From an uncultured Pseudomonadota bacterium (GTDB lineage: Bacteria > Oederibacteriota > Muellerivitia > Muellerivitales > Muellerivitaceae): DNA of 64,000 nucleotides. The stretch is from positions 160,237 through 224,236 of the forward strand of contig CAWJKT010000010.1 of assembly GCA_963843375.1 (NCBI GenBank), in the 5' to 3' direction. The notes under the pieces are model-generated. The model was given only the letters and a program-made list of their open reading frames with translations, was not told where the DNA came from and made no database searches. Below, one piece after another: positions 40,943-50,845 of this stretch. The translations under genes and the position numbers were made by a program. Each line of letters opens with the position of its first letter. Position 1 is the first letter of the stretch.

Positions 40943-41087
40943 ATTTTAAAGTCAATCAATATCGCCCCATCCCTGAAGGAAGAATAAAAAAAGCGGCACA
41001 ACCGGAGTTAAAGTTCGAATCCGACGATATTTTTCTTGGTGGTCCAATAGTTTTTGAAACCCGTAGCAGAAGGCCGGGGGCGGTGAT

Positions 41088-41684
41088 TCAATTGGCCTTT
41101 GTCTTCGGAGGGATGCACTTCAATAGCGATTCTGTCTCAGGCCCATTAAGGAACCGCCATGTTCCGAGTTCAATATCCATAGTCAGGGGCCCCAAGTGGG
41201 TCCGTTTCAATTCAAGCACTTTGATGGGGCGGTTCGTTTTCGAATCCCTCAACCCCGCGAACATCCGGCGGATGTGTCGGTTCTTCCCTTCCCCCAAAAC
41301 TACTTTCAGGCTCGTTTGAGGACCCGATTCGCCAAGTATTTCGACCGCCTTGGCCTTGAGAAATCCAATAGGGGATTCAACGCCGGATGATATCTTTTCT
41401 AAATGTTCAGGTTGGACTCTTCCCCAAACCAATACTTCATAGACTTTGTCAACCGTGTGGGGTTTTTGGAGCCGTGAGACGAGAAAACCTTCCTTGACGA
41501 ACAACAAAAGACCCGTCGAATCCTTATCCAACCGCCCCACCGGCATCCAGCGTTGCTCATGGAATTCCGGAGGCAGAAGCGCGTAAACAGTTTTCTGCCC
41601 GGGATAGGCTTCACTCTGAAGGATTTTAGGTCGGGTAACTTCAATTCCCTTGGGCTTATGAAGCATAAGCATTCGCTCCATCAT
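41088..41684 (-). CDS. RsuA/RluE-family pseudouridine synthase (no S4 domain)
   Basis: HKPKG, PVGRLDKDSTGLLL, K.Y.V, EGKNRHIRRM. Confidence 0.92.
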   Translation of the reverse strand: MMERMLMLHKPKGIEVTRPKILQSEAYPGQKTVYALLPPEFHEQRWMPVGRLDKDSTGLLLFVKEGFLVSRLQKPHTVDKVYEVLVWGRVQPEHLEKISSGVESPIGFLKAKAVEILGESGPQTSLKVVLGEGKNRHIRRMFAGLRDSKTNRPIKVLELKRTHLGPLTMDIELGTWRFLNGPETESLLKCIPPKTKAN

Positions 41685-41803
41685 TTAACCCGCCTTTTGG
41701 TTTAGAGAGTTTTCTTGGGCTTAATCCGTTGTGGTCACAAGCGATAACAAAAAAGAAATATAATTCTTATGGACGGGGTCGTAAACTTTTTAATATTTTC
41801 GAC

Positions 41804-44800
41804 TCACCGAAAGACGAGAATCTTGAAAATCTTAATGGTGGTGCTATTCCCCGCGACCGCCTTTACTCGGATGTAGTAAAGCCCGTCGGCCACCGGAACA
41901 CCCCCCTTATCCTCCAAATTCCAGGTCAGGAAATTGCTTCCAGAAACCGGTTGAAATCCCTCGTTCACCTTACGAAAAGCAATGGTGAAAACTGCCCAGG
42001 TTAGATTTGCGCCAGGCGGGCTTTGAATGGCCATGGTGACGGGCCCCGAACCCTCAACCGGATTGGGATAGGGCGGACCTATCACGATGGTAGCCGAAGT
42101 GGATGTGTTAGTAGGCGTCGGGGTACCCGTATTCTGCGGGGTATTGGTGATAGTCGGAGTGTTGGTGAGAGTGAAAGTATTGGTTACCGTTGAAGTCACG
42201 GTAACCGTCGGGCTGTTGGTTGGAGTAGAACTAAGAGTAGGCGAGAAAGTGGGCGTCCAAGTAGGGGTGTTCGAAAAGGTCCAGGTCGGGGTTCCCGTTG
42301 AGGTAAATACCGGCGTAACCGTCGGGGTGCCAGTTGGAGTAAACGTAGCCGTCTGGGTAAAAGTAAGGCTGTTGGTCGGGGTTCCCGTGGAAGTGAAGCT
42401 CGCAGTGGCCGTCATGGTGTTCGTTACCGTCCCCGTGTTGGTAAAGGTGGGCGAGGAAGTATCCGTTGAAACCGGTGTATTCGTGGGACTCAGGGTCGGA
42501 GTCGAGGTTGGTGTCAGAGTGTTTGTAACGGTTGGGGTACCTGTGAGGGTGGAGGTGGCGGTTGTCGTGAGGGTTCCAGTTGGGGTGGAAGTGATGGTGG
42601 GCGAGGACGTCACAGTGAAGGTCGTCGTTTGTGTGGGACTCAGAGTTGGTGTGGATGTGGGAGTAATCGAAGCCGTCCCGGTAGGTGTTGCAGAAGCGGT
42701 CGCCGTTAGGGAATTTGTGGGTGAAGAAGTTACCGTATTTGTGCCTGTCGCTGTCGGGGAATTTGTCGAGGTGCCGCTGGGCGTGATCGTCGCCGTCCCG
42801 GTCACCGTGAAGGTGGGTGTCTTCGTGACGGTAATGGTCGGGGTTGAAGTCGGGGTCGGGGTTGCCGTATTGGTGATGGTCAAGTTTGGGGTAAAGGTGG
42901 GCATTAGGCAGCAGGCGGCCTGATAGACGTCGTCGTTGTTAAAGACAGCGACTGCGCCATTATATGGCAAGACGTTGGTGGAGTATTCACTCGCGGCTCC
43001 GAAGGTTCCACCCGTGTTCGTCTCTGTCCAATTGGCCCCGTCCTGGGTCACCCAAACATCCGACACCGCCCCCGAAACAGTGGTACCGCCAAGTACCCAA
43101 AGTAAATTGCCGCAAACGACGGAAAGGGCCCCGTAACGGGCGGTAAAAATCGAAGTGTCCGGGCTAACCTGGCTCCAATGGGCGCCATCAGTTGAAGTCC
43201 AAACGTCGTTTACCAGGGTGGGCCCGGACGGATTCTCCCCCCCGATGACCCACATGGCTCCGTTAAAAACAACGCAGGTCATTTTTTCACGCGCTGAAAA
43301 AGCCGCGGTCATGGTAACCGGGCTCCATGTCACTCCATCGGGTGAGGACCAGACATCATTAGTGACACCGCCCGAGGAAACCAGCCCCCCGATGACCCAC
43401 ATTTTCCCGTTATAAACCATGGTGCCGAAATCCGCCCGAGGGCTGAAAGCCACGCCGCTTGAAGCTTTCACAAAGTTTGATCCGTCATAAGATTTCCAAA
43501 CATCGTTCATGGTGGCTGGCGCGCTGGTAATCCCCCCCAGAAGCCAAAGATAACCGTTGAAGGCAGCGACACCATAATTGGTCCGGTTCGTGACAGGTGT
43601 TGAGGTTACATAGGTATTTACGACACCGTCGGCCAGTTGGTAATCAACTACAATTCCCCCGTCGTTTCCCCCGACCAACCAATCACTAGGACCTTTCCCG
43701 TCATGGGCGTCGAAAAGGGCGCTCCCCTGGGCGTCCAGGGGCAGGCCAACAGCCGAAGCGACCCAGCTATTACCCGGTTGTCCCGCAGTGCAGGCGGCAG
43801 GGATGGCCGTGGGGGTGGGAGTGAAGGTTACCGTGGGGGTCAAGGTGGGCGTCGGCACCGCAGTCACAGCTGCGGAAAGTGCCGCCTGCAAGTTCAGTCT
43901 TCCATAACCGAAGGTGACACTATAGTTTGGCTGGCCGTTGATTTTGGTGGCGGTGCTCTCAAGAATTTGATTCACCTGAGAAGACGATAACTGGGGATTC
44001 ACGGCCAGCATCAAGGCCACCGCCCCGCTGACAAAACCTGCCGCGGGAGAAGTGCCCGAACCAATGCAGTAATTATTGTCACAAGGGTCTAAGACGATAT
44101 TGGGATTAAAAGTAGTCCCCAACGAACAACTGGGGTTCACAGCGCAGCTGAAAACCATTTCCGCGGTATCGTAGGTTCCGGTGACAGTCATACCCGACCC
44201 ACCGGGGGCCACTAAACTCATGGTCACTCCCCCTCCGTTCGAGGCGATGTTCTCGTAAGTGGCCAGGGCATTGGCCGGGCCGACCGCCCCAACTGAAATT
44301 ACCCCCGGGAAGGCCGCGGGATAAGCCATGGGCTCGTTATCACCCTCATCCCCGGTCGCAGCCACTTCGATGCAGCCATTTTGTAGGGCGAAGGTCACCG
44401 CCTCCCCAAGAAACGCCGGACCCGTCGTGACGTAAAACCCCAGGGACATGTTCAAAATTTTAGCCCCGTTTTGGACTGCATAATAAATACCATCGACAAC
44501 TTCGGCAGAAGTGGTCATGCCGGGTGGAACGCCCCCGCTGTTGGACCCCTGAAGCACCTTTACGGGCATCAAGCGAATCAAACCTGGATAGCCTGCCACT
44601 CCCGCCATTCCCCCATTAAAAGGCGGCGCTGGAATTGTCCCATTTGAGCAATAATTTGTCTCTCCGGCGTTGTTCCACTGGGCCGCTATAACCCCAGCCA
44701 TCGCGGTGCCGTGGCCCCAATTATCCAAAGTATCGGTGGTGTCTCCTCCCCAGTCGAAAGTGGCGTTATAGCCCGGAATGAATATGGACGAGGGAAGATC

Positions 44801-45445
44801 AGGTTGGTTTGTCGTCGTAGCGTCCGAAGCGACACCCGAATCAATGAGCGCCACTGTAACGGGATTGGCCGCCGGACAGGAAAGAACCGCACCCAAAGTG
44901 GCCCAAGCGGCGGGGGCGTTGATGAGAGTGAAAGGCCAATTCATGTTTCCGGTTCCCGTTACCCCCGCGCAGAGACTCACCGGATCGGCGGCGCTGTTGT
45001 AATAGGGATCCGTAATGGAAGTCGGGACCGAGCAGACCTGGAAATCATAGCCGAGGTAATTGGGCTCAGCCAACAAAACCGCAGGGTCCTGTTTGATCCT
45101 CCGGATAGCCTCTTCCACCGAGAAGCCCTTGTTCATTTTGACCCGAAGGACATCGGAGCGAAAGTGAAGCGCATGCGGCTCTCCAAAGGCCTTTCCCACC
45201 CGGGCCTTATCCGCAGGGGAATAACCGGGCTTAAGTTCCACCAGAAATTCGTTCGAAACGTAGGTGTCGATTTTGGGAGAAAACTGCGCGCGAAGAATGA
45301 AAGGATTCCAAAAAATAAAGAAAACCAAAAGAAAAGAAAAATGGATTAACGAAGTTTGAAACGATTTCCGAAAATAGGTTGTCTGATTACACCTAAGCTT
45401 CATACTGGTTGACCCTTTCAGAATTTCCGCAAAATAGGTTTTCAA
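41804..45445 (-). CDS. Secreted S8 subtilase with kelch-like propeller, long Thr-rich linker and CTD
   Basis: Triad motifs VALIDSG, GHGTAMAGVI, SGTSPAA; repeated WVIGG...NDVW.S.DG..W; about 270 aa of T-rich repeats; PYPNP...GLYY C-terminus. Start may be 45403. Confidence 0.92.
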   Translation of the reverse strand: MKTYFAEILKGSTSMKLRCNQTTYFRKSFQTSLIHFSFLLVFFIFWNPFILRAQFSPKIDTYVSNEFLVELKPGYSPADKARVGKAFGEPHALHFRSDVLRVKMNKGFSVEEAIRRIKQDPAVLLAEPNYLGYDFQVCSVPTSITDPYYNSAADPVSLCAGVTGTGNMNWPFTLINAPAAWATLGAVLSCPAANPVTVALIDSGVASDATTTNQPDLPSSIFIPGYNATFDWGGDTTDTLDNWGHGTAMAGVIAAQWNNAGETNYCSNGTIPAPPFNGGMAGVAGYPGLIRLMPVKVLQGSNSGGVPPGMTTSAEVVDGIYYAVQNGAKILNMSLGFYVTTGPAFLGEAVTFALQNGCIEVAATGDEGDNEPMAYPAAFPGVISVGAVGPANALATYENIASNGGGVTMSLVAPGGSGMTVTGTYDTAEMVFSCAVNPSCSLGTTFNPNIVLDPCDNNYCIGSGTSPAAGFVSGAVALMLAVNPQLSSSQVNQILESTATKINGQPNYSVTFGYGRLNLQAALSAAVTAVPTPTLTPTVTFTPTPTAIPAACTAGQPGNSWVASAVGLPLDAQGSALFDAHDGKGPSDWLVGGNDGGIVVDYQLADGVVNTYVTSTPVTNRTNYGVAAFNGYLWLLGGITSAPATMNDVWKSYDGSNFVKASSGVAFSPRADFGTMVYNGKMWVIGGLVSSGGVTNDVWSSPDGVTWSPVTMTAAFSAREKMTCVVFNGAMWVIGGENPSGPTLVNDVWTSTDGAHWSQVSPDTSIFTARYGALSVVCGNLLWVLGGTTVSGAVSDVWVTQDGANWTETNTGGTFGAASEYSTNVLPYNGAVAVFNNDDVYQAACCLMPTFTPNLTITNTATPTPTSTPTITVTKTPTFTVTGTATITPSGTSTNSPTATGTNTVTSSPTNSLTATASATPTGTASITPTSTPTLSPTQTTTFTVTSSPTITSTPTGTLTTTATSTLTGTPTVTNTLTPTSTPTLSPTNTPVSTDTSSPTFTNTGTVTNTMTATASFTSTGTPTNSLTFTQTATFTPTGTPTVTPVFTSTGTPTWTFSNTPTWTPTFSPTLSSTPTNSPTVTVTSTVTNTFTLTNTPTITNTPQNTGTPTPTNTSTSATIVIGPPYPNPVEGSGPVTMAIQSPPGANLTWAVFTIAFRKVNEGFQPVSGSNFLTWNLEDKGGVPVADGLYYIRVKAVAGNSTTIKIFKILVFR

Positions 45446-45800
45446 CTATTACGCCGTTCACCTCAACGGTGAAAATAAACAAAAGATCCAGACTTGTTTA
45501 CTTGGCGTTATTGACGCTATGTCGTCCAAGTGCCGTTATAGATTCACGATAAAAGATAAATAGATGCAGTTTGCCTGCCAAACCTAACGGCCCATTTTGG
45601 CCCGAATTTAGTGGAATGAGGGCTAAAATCGGAACCCATAGGGTCGGAAAAGTGAAATTTTGGACTTTTAAAGGGAAAATGCCACATATTCAACAAGGAT
45701 CTTCGGTTTTGAGGATATGGTTCTGAAACTCTTTGAGCCAGGCCCTCGTCAAACTGGCGGGTCATTTAAGTCCTAATATAAGCTGAAAAAGGGAGCAAGC

Positions 45801-46016
45801 ATGAAAAGATTAAGGTTCGTTTTATTGGCTTTATTGTTTTTGGGAGGTACGGGGATGGTTTTGGCGAATACGGCAAGTCCCAAGGTGACCAAGACTTCCA
45901 AACACCACAAAAGCAAGAAGGGAAAAAAGAACGTGGCCATCAACCCTCAACCGCTTCCACCAGCCAAAGTTCCAATCAATGGCGTCACGACCGGATCGGC
46001 GAATAAGACTCAATAA
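45801..46016 (+). CDS. Small secreted basic protein with INPQPLPP motif
   Basis: GGGAG RBS, signal peptide, KHHKSKKGKK, followed by a terminator. Confidence 0.7.
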   Translation: MKRLRFVLLALLFLGGTGMVLANTASPKVTKTSKHHKSKKGKKNVAINPQPLPPAKVPINGVTTGSANKTQ

Positions 46017-46047
46017 ACTTCAAAGCAGTTTGACCGAGGCGTTCATC

Positions 46048-46083
46048 AAAAGCCCTGAGGTTCTCCCCGGGCTTTTCTTTTTT
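46048..46083 (+). terminator. Intrinsic terminator (possibly bidirectional)
   Basis: AAAAGCCC...GGGCTTTT-CTTTTTT between convergent genes. Confidence 0.65.
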
Positions 46084-46093
46084 CCAGGGCTAT

Positions 46094-46888
46094 TTATTTC
46101 GAATCGGGTAAAGGCGGCAAATTCAATGATCCAACTGATGGCACAACGGATGGGTTTGGGCTTTGATTGGGTAAGTTGGGTATCGGGGGCATGTCCCCTT
46201 TGGGTGGAGCGAGTTCCATTGGAAAAGTTGTAGAACCGGAATTATCCATGGGCAGTGGGGGAAGAGTCTTGGCGGAACCCATGGGTCCGATTCCTGGTAT
46301 CGGGGGAAGGTTGGAACCGGTGGAAACCTTGGTTTCGTTGCTTGGCAAGGGAGGCAAGGAGTTCGGAGTGGTTTTTTCATACTTTACTTTCCTCGTTCGG
46401 GTCCTTCCGGCAGAGGGGATAGGCCATGGTTTCGCGGCGGGCTCGACGCTGGGAAGGAAAAAATTCTTGGGAAGTTGCTTTTGAATCTGCCGGGTGATCT
46501 TTTTCACGATGAGATCCGTGGTCGGATCAACGGTTAATTCCAGGTATTCAAAGGAAGCAGTGAATCTTTGCAAGTATTGAACGCGAATAAAACCAACCGG
46601 TTCACCCTTGGGTGTAAAAAGAGCGAAGACGTCCCCTTTTTGAACTCCTCCCACTTCTCCAATATCGATTTGGTCGATCCCCCCCTGCCTCACGGTACCA
46701 ATCACTTGTCCGCCAAGGATATGGGGTTGGTCAAACAACCGCTTGAGAAGAGTCCGGCTCTTCACAGAAAGAGGAAGGTCTTGGCCCGTGGAGGGAGGCA
46801 TTTGATAGGTGTCGTAGGCCAAAACGGGCAAAGCCAAGACCCAAAAGACAAAAGTCAGCCGAGCGATAAGAAAGTCAGTCGATTTCAT
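46094..46888 (-). CDS. Hypothetical exported protein with Pro-rich tail
   Basis: Signal peptide, IDIG..GGVQKGD.F segment (FlgT-C-like), five [LM]PP[LI]P repeats. Confidence 0.6.
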   Translation of the reverse strand: MKSTDFLIARLTFVFWVLALPVLAYDTYQMPPSTGQDLPLSVKSRTLLKRLFDQPHILGGQVIGTVRQGGIDQIDIGEVGGVQKGDVFALFTPKGEPVGFIRVQYLQRFTASFEYLELTVDPTTDLIVKKITRQIQKQLPKNFFLPSVEPAAKPWPIPSAGRTRTRKVKYEKTTPNSLPPLPSNETKVSTGSNLPPIPGIGPMGSAKTLPPLPMDNSGSTTFPMELAPPKGDMPPIPNLPNQSPNPSVVPSVGSLNLPPLPDSK

Positions 46889-47571
46889 GGATACCTTTCT
46901 GGCGGCTAAGCTAAACTTTTCCGAAGCACTTTGCAAAGCCTAATAGTCCCTTTTCCCTTGTTTTTTTGAAAAAGGAACCCTAAGTCTTTATTCTTCAAAA
47001 TCATTTCCAACAAGAACTAAGCCCTTTTGTTTATTTCCAGTCATTTGGTTCTGAAATTTTTCAAAATCAAAAAATTTCCTCAAAACTTGTCATTTTTACA
47101 TTTAAACGGCTTTTATTTAAGAGATAATTAAGGGGGATCACCCCAATGTCATTCCCACAAATCGCTCAAAAGGTTTTTTAAAGGCAGAATGATCCCATTT
47201 TTATCCCGGAGAATTTGGCCATAAATTAAGGGAAAACATTCATATAGGGATCACCACAACCAAAAGACAACATTACAAACCGCAAAAAACCAAACCATCC
47301 GTAATCAATTCTTCCCCGTCCGTTTCCAAGTAGGATTTTAAAAGCTAAAGTCGCCAAAACAGTCGAAAAGGCTTTTAAATAAATGTTTTCCAAAAAAGTT
47401 AAAGTAATGCTTGAAGTTAATTTAGATTGTTTTGGGGGAGCACGGTGAGAATTTCATTCCGCGGAATCTTTGAACCCGGGACGGAAGAGCCTTTGGGAGA
47501 GTCTCACTATGAGGTATCTCATATTCGCGGAAAGAACTTTTGATTAAAGTAGCGCCTTTTACGGAGGCCCT

Positions 47572-48615
47572 TTGCAAGAAAACCCAACTATCCCGATCCC
47601 CATGGCCGATGCCAAAAGGATCATCCAGGACTTGTTTGATCCCAATCCCCTTTTCTATTGGGCGGACTTTTTGTTCCACGATCTCTTGGGCTGGGCCGCT
47701 TTTGTCCTAGCGACAAGGGCTCGAGACTTCTCACTTCTGCAGTTTACCGCCTTTATTGTGGCCGGATTTGCCCTCTATCGGGCGGTCCTTTTCATCCACG
47801 AGTTGTCCCACCTAAAAAAGGGGACTTTCCGGGTTTTCCTCTGGGTTTGGAACCTGGTTTGCGGCTTTCCTCTCACACTTCCATCCTTCCTTTATTTGGG
47901 GGTTCACACGGAGCACCACAAAACCCAGATTTATGGAACCAAGGACGACCCCGAGTATTTCGCATTCGCCCTGGCGAAGCCTTACCGGATTTTTTTGTTC
48001 CCCTTGACCATGTTGGTGGCGCCAACCTTCTTCCTCTTGCGGTTCCTGGTCCTGGCACCTCTATCCTATCTCCTGCCGCCCTTGCGAAAACCCCTTTGGG
48101 TGCTAGGCTCTTCCCTAGCGGCTGGCGGAAGCTATCGGCGTCCTCTTCCCGACGAAAAAGAAAAAATGACGGCTCGGATACAGGAATATATAACGTTTAT
48201 CTACCTGGCCACCGCCTTCACCTTGATGGTCAAGGGAATCCTTCCCTGGAAAGTCCTGGTCCTTTGGTACCTGGTAGCGGTTTTCATTTTGGTCGCCAAT
48301 AGCATAAGAAGCCTTGCGGCTCATTGCGACCGGAACCCGCCCGACCACGTGATGAGTTTCGACGAACAAATCCTGGATTCCACCGACATACCCGGCAACC
48401 TGTTCCTGACCGCCCTTTGGGCTCCGGTGGGCCTTCGATACCATGCTACCCATCACCTCTTCCCCGCCATTCCATATCATTCGTTGGGCGAGGCTCACCG
48501 GCGGCTGATGAGGGAACTTCCCAAAAACAGCAGCTACTGCTTAGCTTTTCGCAAAAGCTTATGGAGCGCCTTATCCGAATTGTGGAAGGATGCCCGTCGG
48601 AACAACGGGAACTAG
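47572..48615 (+). CDS. Membrane fatty acid desaturase family protein
   Basis: His boxes HELSH, HTEHH and HATHHLFP, plus TM segments; TTG start after GGAGG. Confidence 0.9.
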   Translation: MQENPTIPIPMADAKRIIQDLFDPNPLFYWADFLFHDLLGWAAFVLATRARDFSLLQFTAFIVAGFALYRAVLFIHELSHLKKGTFRVFLWVWNLVCGFPLTLPSFLYLGVHTEHHKTQIYGTKDDPEYFAFALAKPYRIFLFPLTMLVAPTFFLLRFLVLAPLSYLLPPLRKPLWVLGSSLAAGGSYRRPLPDEKEKMTARIQEYITFIYLATAFTLMVKGILPWKVLVLWYLVAVFILVANSIRSLAAHCDRNPPDHVMSFDEQILDSTDIPGNLFLTALWAPVGLRYHATHHLFPAIPYHSLGEAHRRLMRELPKNSSYCLAFRKSLWSALSELWKDARRNNGN

Positions 48616-48655
48616 CACCGGAAGCCGTTATCTTTTCTGGAAAATTCTGAACATT

Positions 48656-49570
48656 TCATCCCTTAAAAAAACGGCTCGCTTCATCCAGTTCGTTCACTTG
48701 GGCCGGGTTCAGACGCCACCCCATGGCGCCGGAGTTTTCCATAACTTGGGCGGCGGTCTTTGCGCCTGGGATGGGAAGGGCTCCCTTGCACATGAGCCAA
48801 TTCAAAGCGACTTGGTTCACTGTTTTTCCCCCGTTCGCTTCCCCCAATTGCTTGAGCTTACCTACCAGGGTTTGGATGCGCCCCAATTGCCCGAAATAAA
48901 ACAAGCGGCGAGGACCCGAGGGCGGATGCTTGGGAGAATATTTTCCCGAAAGCATGCCCATTCCCAAGGGGCTATAGGCGATGAAACGGATATTCGTTTT
49001 TTTGCATTCCTCCAACAGGCCATTAAGGTCGTTCTTGCGCCGGACTAGGCTATATTGCATTTGGTTGGAAGCCAGAGCAACCCCGTGAGCGGCTAGGGCC
49101 TCCTGGGCGCGAAGCATTTGAGCCCGGTTAAAATTGGAAACGCCCACCTCCGAGGTCAACCCTTCTTTGACCGCCTGCGCCAGGGGCTCCATCCAGGCTT
49201 TAATGGAACGAGGCGGGCTGGGCCAGTGAATCTGGTAAAGGTCCACCGACTTCAAACCCAGCCGGGAGAGGCTGGCCTTCAAGGCTTTCAACAAATGGGA
49301 GGTACTGACCCGCCAGGGCATGGGTGCGAACTTGGTGGCCATATGGATTTTTTCGGGTTTTATTTCCCCAAGGAACTGTCCAAGAAAACTTTCCGATTCA
49401 CCCTCGCCATAGACTTCCGCCGTGTCAAATAGCTGGATGCCCGAATCCAGGGCCGTTTGAAAGGTTTCTTTCAGGTCTTTGTCGTCATATCCCTGCCCAT
49501 AACCCCAAACTTTTCCCTTTCCCCAGGCCCAGGTGCCCAGGCCCATCTCGCATTGGCTTAAAAAGCTCAT
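48656..49570 (-). CDS. Aldo/keto reductase
   Basis: GLGTWAWG, DTAEVYG.G.SE, DLYQIHWP, VGVSNF, AYSPLG.G.L, PIPG. Confidence 0.95.
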   Translation of the reverse strand: MSFLSQCEMGLGTWAWGKGKVWGYGQGYDDKDLKETFQTALDSGIQLFDTAEVYGEGESESFLGQFLGEIKPEKIHMATKFAPMPWRVSTSHLLKALKASLSRLGLKSVDLYQIHWPSPPRSIKAWMEPLAQAVKEGLTSEVGVSNFNRAQMLRAQEALAAHGVALASNQMQYSLVRRKNDLNGLLEECKKTNIRFIAYSPLGMGMLSGKYSPKHPPSGPRRLFYFGQLGRIQTLVGKLKQLGEANGGKTVNQVALNWLMCKGALPIPGAKTAAQVMENSGAMGWRLNPAQVNELDEASRFFKG

Positions 49571-49664
49571 GATTTACCTTTCCGTGAATCCGGAGAGTTT
49601 TATTCCCATCCCCTTAAACGATAGTCACTATATCATTCCACCCCAGGGAACTTCATGTGCCGAA

Positions 49665-50717
49665 TCATAAAGGCGTTTCGTCCACGGGCGACTTCAGCAA
49701 GGTTCTCATGGTGTCTAAATAAAGGGCCGCGGAAATTGCCAGGGGAATCAGATAGTAGACCAGCCGAAAGAGGATCGCTGCCACGAGGGTCTGCTCAAAA
49801 CCCACCCCCAGCAATTTGAAGATTAAAGCCAAAAGGGATTCGCTGACACCAAGTCCGGCAGGCACCGGGTTGACATTGGACGACAGGAACATCACCGTGA
49901 ACCCAACTAGGAGCAGACCCAGGGGTAGGTCCAGCCCGGCTGCATGAAAGCAAAAATAAAAAGTCAGGGCCATCAGACACCAGTTCACGGCCACCCAAAA
50001 AAAGACCATCGGGAGCCGGGACCGTCCGCGCCGCAGGAACTCCAATGTGGTTTCCACCTGGTCAAAGGCTTCCACCCACTTTCGGTCGTCGCTTTTCTCC
50101 TGTGAAATCATTTGGCTAATTCCATGGCCCGCGCGGAATATCCGGCGGAGAACCCATCGGCGGAAAGTTTCGGTGGAAAAAAATCAAAACCAGACCCGCT
50201 ACGACCAGCAAGAGGCCCCCCATGAAAAACAAAAGCAGCTCTTGTTTCGGGTCCGCCCAGGAACTCGGGATGCCCATGAAGGTAGGCCAGCCCGCACAAG
50301 CAAATGCAGGAAAGCACCAGGTTAAAGATCATATTTTGGGCGAGGGACAGCGGAATTGAAACCGAATAGGGCACTTTTTCCTGTTTGAGTAGAAAGGACC
50401 GGTTCGCGATGCTGGACATACCGCCGGAGGAAAGGATGAAATTGACCGTATCCGAAATAAACATGATGGAAAAAAATTGGGGAAAGGGGATACGGAAGGG
50501 CGTCAGCCCGAAAAGCACCCGGAATGACAAGGCGGAGGCCAAATAGGCGCTGCCCCGCGGAAAAGAGAGCCAAAATAAAAGGGCCCATGTCCAAATGGCT
50601 GAAAACTACCTTGAGCTTGGAAAAATCGCTTAATAGGGCCGCGGCCACCGCAAGAACCATAATCCCCACCAGGACCAAGGAAACAATGATAAGAGCTTTT
50701 TTATTCGCTGGATTCAC
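49665..50717 (-). CDS. Lysylphosphatidylglycerol-synthase-TM (flippase-like) membrane protein, frameshifted
   Basis: Three track fragments (50322-50759, 50108-50542, 49665-50111) join into one hydrophobic protein with PAGLGVSE...A.ILFRL..Y.IP. Likely GTG start at 50717. Confidence 0.75.
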
Positions 50718-50845
50718 AAAGCTTTCCTTTAATTGGGTATCCCCTCGGCTGGACGGCACTATAGCATTTCTGTTTTTAGGATTTAATGCGCTCGATCATA
50801 AAAGCACACCGGAAGAGAGGACCTCCCCAAACCATCCGTGATAGG

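Noticed and set aside
42087..42900. CRISPR array or DNA tandem repeat
   Set aside because: The repetition is at the amino-acid level with degenerate codons; there is no constant repeat-spacer structure anywhere in the window.
42087..42923. 278-aa Val/Gly-rich ORF on the + strand (also 32251-32754 and 21753-21995)
   Set aside because: These are antisense shadows of Thr/Pro repeat codons.
46940..47420. Replication origin
   Set aside because: It is AT-rich, but I saw no DnaA-box cluster and no dnaA/dnaN/gidA context.
47430..47540. Cobalamin or other known riboswitch
   Set aside because: The core conserved motifs were not found; kept only as an unexplained structured region.
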